The notes under the pieces were generated by a model that did not search any database, was not told where the DNA came from, and was given only the letters and a program-made list of their open reading frames with translations. A stretch of 60,740 nt of DNA, counting the filler, from Catajapyx aquilonaris (Eukaryota), in the NCBI GenBank assembly GCA_000934665.2. It is 2 parts of 2 records of this genome, joined end to end, with 100 filler letters (N's around TTAATTAATTAA, not from the genome) between each part and the next. Parts side by side here need not be neighbours in the genome. Positions count along the whole stretch, not along the records: positions 30,406 to 60,740 come from JYFJ02004669.1; 1 more part is not named here. One strand, 5' to 3'. Position numbers and translations under genes: made by a program. Shown in pieces: positions 53,059-60,740 of this stretch (positions are counted from its first letter, which is position 1; each line of letters starts with the position of its first letter).

Positions 53059-53400
53059 GGCCCAGATGAGGTATATCAGGACTGGTCACTCCCCCTCTTA
53101 TCGCGTTGGGAGGGAAACGGAGAGGTAATGCACTACGGAACCACAGGCGGCGCACTGAACAGGGCCCAGACTGAAGAGAAGTACATCGCGTCTTATTTAA
53201 ACCAATGAGCTGCTGGGCCCTGAGCGTGTCCTCTTTGAACTCGTCAACTGGTCATTGATGGCATTGACGCGATGTGCTTCTCTTCAGTCTGGGCCCTGAT
53301 CAGCCTGCTGCCTGTGGTTCCGTAGTGCATTACCGTCCTGTTTCCCTCCCAACGCGTTAAGAGGGGGAGTGACCATTCCTTAGACACGTCGTCTGGGGCC
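53059..53400. mobile_element. Foldback Harbinger-like MITE
   Basis: About 130-bp arms (GGTCACTCCCCCTCTT..GGTAATGCACTACGGAACCACAGGC..GGGCCCAGACTGAAGAGAAG and complement). Confidence 0.75.
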
Positions 53401-54748
53401 TAAGGAGTTGGAATGACTTATGCAGGCATGCCACCTTGATTCAGGGGTGGATGTGAATTTATGCTACTATGAATCTGTGCTGACATGTGGAGCAGCATGT
53501 AGATTGTAATACCATAATATTTAACTCTCCATTTTGGTGTACTTAATGAATAATGACGAATAATACTGAGAGCCTGGCAATGAATGACCTCCAGTAATTC
53601 TCAGCTTTCAAGCGATTTGCAATTATTTTGCATGCCACAGCAGGCACTAGAAACCTGTCAGAGTTTTAATTTCAATTTTCAGGACAATTGCAGGTGATGA
53701 CCAATTTTCTGAGTGAATATTATTCACTTACACTTAAATTTAATAAAATCATTGCTAATTGCGCAGTGTCTCTGGAGTACAATTTGGTGTATTGAAATTC
53801 TTGGATATATAAGTAATTCTTCGTGCAAAATGGTCTCTCTTCTTCATTTGCAACATGTCACATCAATGACATCATCAAGCGATGCTGTATTTGGGCACGT
53901 AAGTACAGTACTTGTAAATGTATGTGTAGGTGGCACATTGCCTCCAGTGATTAACGCCTGAGGCATTAATCATTGAAGGTGCTTTCAAGTGTGGCCATGC
54001 ATGTACGAGCATGATGAATTCAGTTCTTTTACAGGCTTTAACCATTATTTCAGTGATTGTTTGGCATTCAACATGGGAACTGAAAAGTTGACTCAATCAC
54101 GAAAGAGGCTTCAACAAATTATTGTGGTAACGCCCAAGGCCCAAACCATGACTGCAATCCAGACCCAGTCCAGACCTAGAAAGTCCACACATGTGATATT
54201 TACGCATCAATCGTATTTTTCAAATCTAGTAGCAGACTGCTTATAACTAATTTTCGAAGGCTGCTACGCACATTTTAGCCCAACACTACAGCGTACCCTG
54301 CGCAATGTGAATGCGCCCAAGACGCAACAAGAACAAGGTTTTGATGAGAGTAGAAAGACACCCAATGAAATACGCAATACGAACCTCCCTCACCCGCCTT
54401 CCTACTGAAGGTTCTAGTATTACCCGTTGGTCGGCGCTGACTGGAGTGGGCTAGCCAATGCGACATCAGGCGGCCAGATATTAAACCACGTCGTGTTACT
54501 GTCTGACATCCAGCGAGCCAAGTTGCTAATATGGCGGTTTGCAGATAGTGTTGAAACTGGCCGTATAGTGGCGCCCTACTTCCAAGCCAGTTGAGCTAAA
54601 TAAACAGCGCCGCCCAATAGCCACTTTTCAAACTACGTGTGAAAGTAGGGGAAAGCGGGGGAGTAGGCTAAGACGCCTTGACATATCCTTGGGTACCTCA
54701 CCTGACCACATTCAGAGGCCAGGGTGTAGGGAGAAGCAAATCCTCAAA

Positions 54749-55099
54749 ATGCCGTCCGAGTCGAAGCCGCATTTGGCGGCTCAGACCGAGAAACCCGTGC
54801 ATTACACGTAAGCCCCGTGAATTTGGGGATTGTACGGATCTTCAGTGTGAAGTGCGTTTCATGTCAGTTGTTTGTGTGCCCCACCCCAGGTACTTGAAGG
54901 AGTTTCGAGTGGAGCAGTGCCCGTTGTTTCTACAACACAAATGCACGCAGCATCGGCCATTCTCATGCTTTCATTGGCATTTCATGAACCAGAGGAGGCG
55001 TAGGCCAATGCGTCGCAGGGATGGGACCTTCAACTACAGTCCAGATGCGTACTGTTCAAAGTTTGATGAGACGACAGGGATATGTGCGGACGGAGATGA
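54749..55099 (+). CDS. unk: Unkempt CCCH zinc-finger/RING RNA-binding protein, first two coding exons (54749-54807, 54890-55099); the rest lies beyond the window
   Basis: MPSESKPHLAAQTEKPVHYT|YLKEFRVEQCPLFLQHKCTQHRPFSCFHWHFMNQRRRRPMRRRDGTFNYSPDAYCSKFDETTGICADGD is the conserved Unkempt N-terminus. Confidence 0.96.
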
Positions 55100-56214
55100 G
55101 TAAGTTGAGCGGTTGTGCATGTGTCAGATCTCGGAGGAGGTGGAAGTGGAAGCTACCACAGCAATGCTGACCACTGCCTTTCGCTTGTTTCTATTCCTTA
55201 CCCATGCAATTGGCAGCATGGTGGCATAGCAGTCCCATTTCATCAATGGTTGGGCAGAGGATTTTCTCATGTGGGAAGAGTGTTGAGAGGGTCGGTCCAG
55301 GTTCATGTGGGTTTTCTCCCGAGTTCTCCCATTTTCTACCACTGTTAAACACCCCTCCTCACTCTTATGCCAGATAGTCTTGGTCTCTTTGATAGCCTCA
55401 TTCATGCAAAGTGAACCTCATCCTAGCACCCCTGCCCACTGACCCAATTGCCAAATGCCGCCCTCTTCTCCCATGCACTCTGGAATTTACCTTTTCCTGA
55501 AGCAACACAACACTGGAAATGACTCGAACCCACTTATTACTATCATGGATTTAACATGCTTCTGTCTGCTCTACAGGTAGTAGATAATTGCCAAGTGTGT
55601 TAAAATGGCCCTAATTCACCTATGGCACCTCGAATGAGATTAGAATTCACTATGTCTAGCAGAAATAGCACTTGAAATGCAGAGGGCTTTATGAAGTAGG
55701 TACAGTCTCAAGCATAGTGATGGAGACAGACTTGCCTTTGTGCTCCTGTGAGTTACGTGCAAAACTGCTATTGTTTGTGAAAATAATACATAGGACATAA
55801 TTATTCTGACATACACTATTGTTCAATAGTATATTTTTCATTGAGGTAGACACATTGCTTGTTTTACACTGAGCCCTTGCTGTGTGTGTCATCATTTTGC
55901 TTGCAACTAACTGTACATAGTTCATTCCAGCATGCTGGTGTAAGGCAGAGTCAGTGTATTCGCGAGACCCACGGCCTGTAGAGGCGCTGAAGTCAAATCC
56001 AAGTTGGACGACAGGAGGGGTACTTGCACTCGAGCAGGCAGCAGACAGGGCATGAGCTTGGCAAGAGGCAGGGAGAGCAGCACACAGGGCTGCTCACACG
56101 CTATGTGGGCAGGGAGGGGGCCAGGATGGGCAGGTGGGGCAGGCCCTGGGCCGAGGCAGAGAGGTAGCCGAGCCGGTACCTACGCAAATAGCTGGGAGAG
56201 GGCTCGGCTGTATA

Positions 56215-57010
56215 GGGGAGTGGGTCCAGAGTGCATGGTGACATTTGGGAATTAATTGCGGCCAAACTAGAGGTTGGAGGAGGGTGACAATGCTCCCGTC
56301 ATCGAGAGGAGATTTCGATTGTTCCGACGACGTCCGCAATTAAATAAATATCCACGGGTTATTTTACGGGGGAATTAAATAGGAAATATCTCGGCAGCTG
56401 GCAGGCTGCTGTAACCGTATGGGTCCAGGGGTGCATGTTGACCTTTGGGAATTAATTGTGTCCAAACTAGAGATCGGAAGAGGGTGACAATGCTTCCGTC
56501 GTCGAGAGGAGATTTCGACTGTCCCGACGACGTCCAATTTAGTATTACAGACCGGGCGGCTAATTTACGGGGGAATTAAATAGTTTATATCACGACAAAA
56601 ACCGCTGGACAAAAGAGGTCTGCTTGACTGTAACCGCGTCTGGGTCCAGAATGCAGAGTGACCGTTGGGAATTAATTGCGGCAAGACTAGGGGTTGTATG
56701 TGTGTGACAGTGCCCTCGTCGTGGAGAGGAGATTTCAAATGTTCCAACGACGACCGTATTTGCTATAAATGCCCACTGGTTATTTTACGGAAGAATTAAA
56801 TAGGGAATATCCCTAGAAATCTCTGGATGAGAGAGGTCTGGCCGACTGTAACCGTATGAGTTCAAAATGCAGGGTGATCTTTGAGAATTAATTATGGGCA
56901 AACTAGGATTCGGAAAAGGGTGACAGTGTCCCCAACGTTGAGAGGAGATTTCGATTGTCCTGACAATGTCCATAAGTAAAATAAATTTCTACGAGTAATT
57001 CTGCTGGGTA
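56215..57010. repeat. Four diverged tandem units of about 200-215 bp
   Basis: Recurring GGAATTAATT..CAAACTAG..GGGTGACA.TG..C.GTCG..GAGAGGAGATTTCGA.TGT.CC.ACGACGTCC at about 56250, 56450, 56670 and 56885. Confidence 0.8.
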
Positions 57011-57107
57011 ATTTAATAGCTAATTTCTCGACAAAAAGGGGGGCTTTGTCTCTGGACGACGTGAAGCAACGACTGATACTTATGGACGTCGCGACGTCCA
57101 CAAATAG

Positions 57108-57645
57108 CAGTCCCGTTCATAAAGAATGGCATGACTCTATGGACGAAATGCTCATCCACAATGCCGAGCAGTTTTCCCTACCTTAGTTCGACGTGACCCT
57201 AAGGATGACCTTTTCTGGATCTCTGGTTACTCGTATGACCCATCCCGAATTTTAAATAAAAATTTTAATTACGGTACCAAAATGTTCTACGGTAAACTAA
57301 ACAACGAGCTGACGTCAAGGTTTCCACGGAAATATCCTCACAGGAGACAGAACAATATGAGTAAACAGTGTCAACAAAAAAGCAACAATGTAAGAAACGA
57401 TGACGTCAGATCGTCGTTTGGTTTTCCGCACTATACAATGCTTTACGTAGATTTCATGTGAATTTTCTCCCTAAAATTTTCCCACTTTGACTTGTTTTTT
57501 TCTTATCTTTTTTTATCTTATTTTGATTCCCCTTTCCCCGACTTCCTTGAGACACTTTATAAACATGCAGGTGACCCAGGGGTTGGGAACAGGATAAACA
57601 TTTCGCCCATATATCGAGTCATACCATTCTAGCTATGAGTGGCAG
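57108..57645. mobile_element. Degenerate copy of the 3482-3867 MITE family
   Basis: CAGTCCCGTTCATAAAGAATGG...GAGTCATACCATTCT. Confidence 0.7.
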
Positions 57646-57927
57646 CAGGTGGCAGGCTACTGATACATAAGAACTTCGAGTTTCATCCCGCCACGAAACA
57701 TAATTTGTCACTTGTCACCACTTTACTCCATTTTTCCTCGTTCCCACGCATGGCTGGACTAGGAGAGCAACCCCCCTTGTCAGCCATGAATGAGCTTCCG
57801 AGACAGCCGCCAGGTGTCAGCCACTTCTACGGGTCTTCCCAATAGTGCAGCGTCTCATTTGACCTGTGAAAAGTGCATAATTTTTTGAGGTGTAAAATTG
57901 AGGAATACACAAGTTTTATATCCTATA

Positions 57928-57976
<49 letters not shown>

Positions 57977-58042
57977 TCTCTCCTCCCCAAACTTCCTATC
58001 TAGCTATACGGGGAAGGCTGTGCGCTTAGCTGGNNNNGGGGG

Positions 58043-58244
58043 GGGCGTCTCTGAACTGTTCCGAACCGTTCCGAACCTACCTATATTGTCAACTCCCAAT
58101 CAGCTCCTGTGTGCAGATCCAACCATCAGCCACCCGAATGGCATTTAGACCATTCCAATTGGTGGCTGATGGGTGGATCTGCAAACAGGAGCTGATTGGG
58201 AGTCGGAAATATAGGTAGGTTCAGAACGGTTCAGAGCCATCCGC
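58043..58244. repeat. Palindromic MITE-like hairpin
   Basis: GAACCTACCTATATT..CTCCCAATCAGCTCCTG..GCAGATCCA.CCATCAGCCACC and complement. Confidence 0.75.
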
Positions 58245-58370
58245 CAGAATGCGATTTGATACAGGGCTCTATCAGGTTTCGGACTCTACATCTGGGGATA
58301 GCGGACCAGCTTTAAGCGCACGGGAAAAGAGAGCTAGTTGCGGGGGGCTGGCTACCCCCGTGAGCTTAGC

Positions 58371-58628
58371 TGATCTCCCCCACCGAGGGGGGTTTGCCAC
58401 AGACGGCGCTAGAGTCAAGTGCCGAGATAGGTGGCGCCTTACCTACCGGGCAACTGTGAACCGTGTTGGTCGACTCTGACTGGCTGGGGTAGTGTAGGAG
58501 GCCTTTACTACCCCAGCCAATTGGAGTCGACCAAAATGGTGCTGAGTTGGCCCTAAGGAAGGCACCACCTATCTCTGCACTTGACTCGAGCGCCGTCCGT
58601 GGCAAACCCCCCTCGGTGGGGGAGATCA
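58371..58628. mobile_element. Palindromic MITE
   Basis: TGATCTCCCCCACCGAGGGGGGTTTGCCAC...GTGGCAAACCCCCTCGGTGGGGGAGATCA; arms pair to the centre. Confidence 0.78.
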
Positions 58629-58911
58629 AGTAAGAAAGAGGGAGAGTGACTGGGGGCTGATCTGAGTACTAAGCAGTCATCATGGTGGCATGAGCATACA
58701 GCATGGTCTTATAGTAAGGTCCGGGCATGTTCCCCCATTTTGCATGCGCTTAGCTCGTCCACCCATTGGTACTGGTGTAGTTGCAACCAGGAGCGTTAGA
58801 CGGTGGCAGTCCTGATGGTGGAAAAGCTCTCATAGATTTGAACAAGCTTAGAATATCGGTTTTAATATGCTCAGGCCCCAGCAGCAGTGCCAACGACCAT
58901 CCCACACTATT

Positions 58912-59265
58912 ATAATAATATATATATAATAATAATCCCGGGTAGTGCTGACCTCATCAGAGGTATGTAGCACGGACCTTTATTTATTTTCGTCGTGTAC
59001 ATTGGAGCCTTAATACGTAACGCCCGGGCCCATGGGCAGGATGACAGGAGGGGATGTGCAAGGTGCAGTGCAATGTCTTTATGTGGCCATTTTTAGTGAA
59101 CTCCCCCGGGTGGTTTAGTCTGTAGGAAATACCACCCGAGACGAAGCCAGAGGTGACCCAATGAACTCTGCACGAGATGAAGGGGGTGTCCCCGGGCTGG
59201 GATCGAACCCGGGACCTTAACATTCGTGGGCGCGTACGTTACCGCAGCACCACTTTGCCTCCCCC
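58912..59265 (-). mobile_element. tRNA-derived SINE family A
   Basis: A and B boxes, AT-rich tail, 16-bp TSD ACCATCCCACACTATT. Confidence 0.88.
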
Positions 59266-59526
59266 ACCATCCCACACTATTCATTGTGCATTGGGCTGGC
59301 GTAGGAAGCCTGCATCTTTCTCCGTATTTGGGAGGCTTCAAGTTGTAGTTGACCACCACTGGGACCACCACCGTCTAAGGCTTCCCGTTGGGACTATGCC
59401 AGCGCCGAAGCGAAAATTCCCCCTCGATGGTAGAGAGGAGCTAACAGCACAGAGTTGTGGATAAAGCTGGGGTGGGAGTGTCAAAGGGCTGGTGTACTTT
59501 ATAATTGATATTTAAGGAGGTTGGCC

Positions 59527-59527
<1 letters not shown>

Positions 59528-59577
<50 letters not shown>
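59528..59577. repeat. (ATT)n microsatellite
   Basis: Direct reading. Confidence 0.95.
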
Positions 59578-59578
<1 letters not shown>

Positions 59579-60063
59579 ATATACACTTGATCCAGAAGGC
59601 AAACTAAAAATGTATGGTAAATTTTATTATTTTGATTATACCTTATTTAAACCAATATACGCTAACGCTATGTACAGTAGTTCATTAAAAACCTGTGAAT
59701 AGCTCATTTTAAGGCACCACTTTTGGATGATAGTGTTTTCTGATTATCTGGACATCCGTGCATTCATGAGCACGCATAATCGGGAGTACAGTGTATGTCT
59801 AGTAGCTTGAAATCACATACCCAGTAATAATGAATATTAATTTATCCTGGGAGAGAAGTGAGGGTGATTTGAGGAAGGATGCTGCCTTTATCAGTGGCGT
59901 GGGGTCCCATGGCTTCACTAGGGAGGTCCCTCCTTGGCGCGCGGGGGCGGGGGGGGTGTTAGGGAGTGGTAAATGTATGAATGGACCACACGGGCCGAAG
60001 CAGAGGTGACAGACTGGTCTCATACTGTTCACCTGAACCATTTTGACGTGGATACGTCTTTAT

Positions 60064-60193
60064 AATCAGATCAGGGGACATGCAGGCAAACTCGAGCATT
60101 ACAGGAAAGCGTTATAGTCTGCTTTAACCGAGTCTGCTGTAACCGACGCTTTTCTGTAACGCTCGAGTTTGCCTGCATGCCCCCTGATTCGAT
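60064..60193. repeat. Short palindromic MITE-like element
   Basis: ATCAGGGGACATGCAGGCAAACTCGAGC / GCTCGAGTTTGCCTGCATGCCCCCTGAT. Confidence 0.7.
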
Positions 60194-60740
60194 TTTAAAG
60201 ACGTATCCACGCCTGCATGCCCCCACCATTATAGTCGAGAAAAGTGAAACTTAATGTAGGTTGAGCCCGGAAATGCTGTGGCTTGTGTCCCCAACACAAC
60301 CTAATGTAATTTTTTGTCCTAAGATCAGACCAGACGTCCTGTTTTTTAGGCTCCTGTCCTGCCGCCCCCGTAGTTTGTCTAGGGACGCTCAAATGTCATC
60401 CCACTTTTTGAGGTTAGGCGTCCTGACAGTCCTGTTTTTCCCGTACTTGGAGGTTCAATGTTCAAGCGATAGAATGTGCCACTGTATAGTGTATTCCAAA
60501 AGCAAAAGAGGAACACAATTGACATGCGTGATGCAACATGTGAGCCTCTCTTCCTCCATTACTTTCCAAGCCTGTTGCACTCCTTTATTTCATTAATTTA
60601 CTTTATAGAATAGTGCCATATATGGCACTATTCTATGTGACATTAATTGAGGAGCTCGCGCGCAGAAGGGCACATATCACATAAGGTCATATTTGGGGAA
60701 ATCAAGGAAAACTGTTCTCGCTTTCCAGACTCGCTGGGAA

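Noticed and set aside
56215..57010. Repeat-spacer-like array (CRISPR?)
   Set aside because: Units are about 200 bp and diverged along their whole length, no cas genes, eukaryotic intron context

Overview
Repeat-rich eukaryotic (animal, most likely arthropod) genomic DNA with spliceosomal genes that the six-frame ORF track mostly misses. A 100-bp artificial linker (44N-TTAATTAATTAA-44N, 30306-30405) splits the window into two segments that may not be contiguous in vivo. Left segment, all minus strand: the 5' three coding exons of UBE2S (ubiquitin-conjugating enzyme E2 S) and a probable unrecognised 3-exon gene of about 177 aa. Their introns hold a folded-back Academ-type transposon remnant, tRNA-derived SINEs, nested hAT elements, Tc1/mariner-, piggyBac- and Harbinger-like MITEs, and a LINE fragment. 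Right segment: the first 10 exons of VPS35L (cut at the linker), a complete 12-exon ZP-domain transmembrane protein gene, a secreted protein with a clip-like 6-Cys module and a Gly/Tyr/His-rich tail, a complete LDAF1/promethin (TMEM159) gene, and the first two coding exons of unkempt. No prokaryotic systems (CRISPR etc.) are seen. Gene models were spliced by hand from GT-AG sites and reading phase. Family names come from recalled protein motifs, not database searches.
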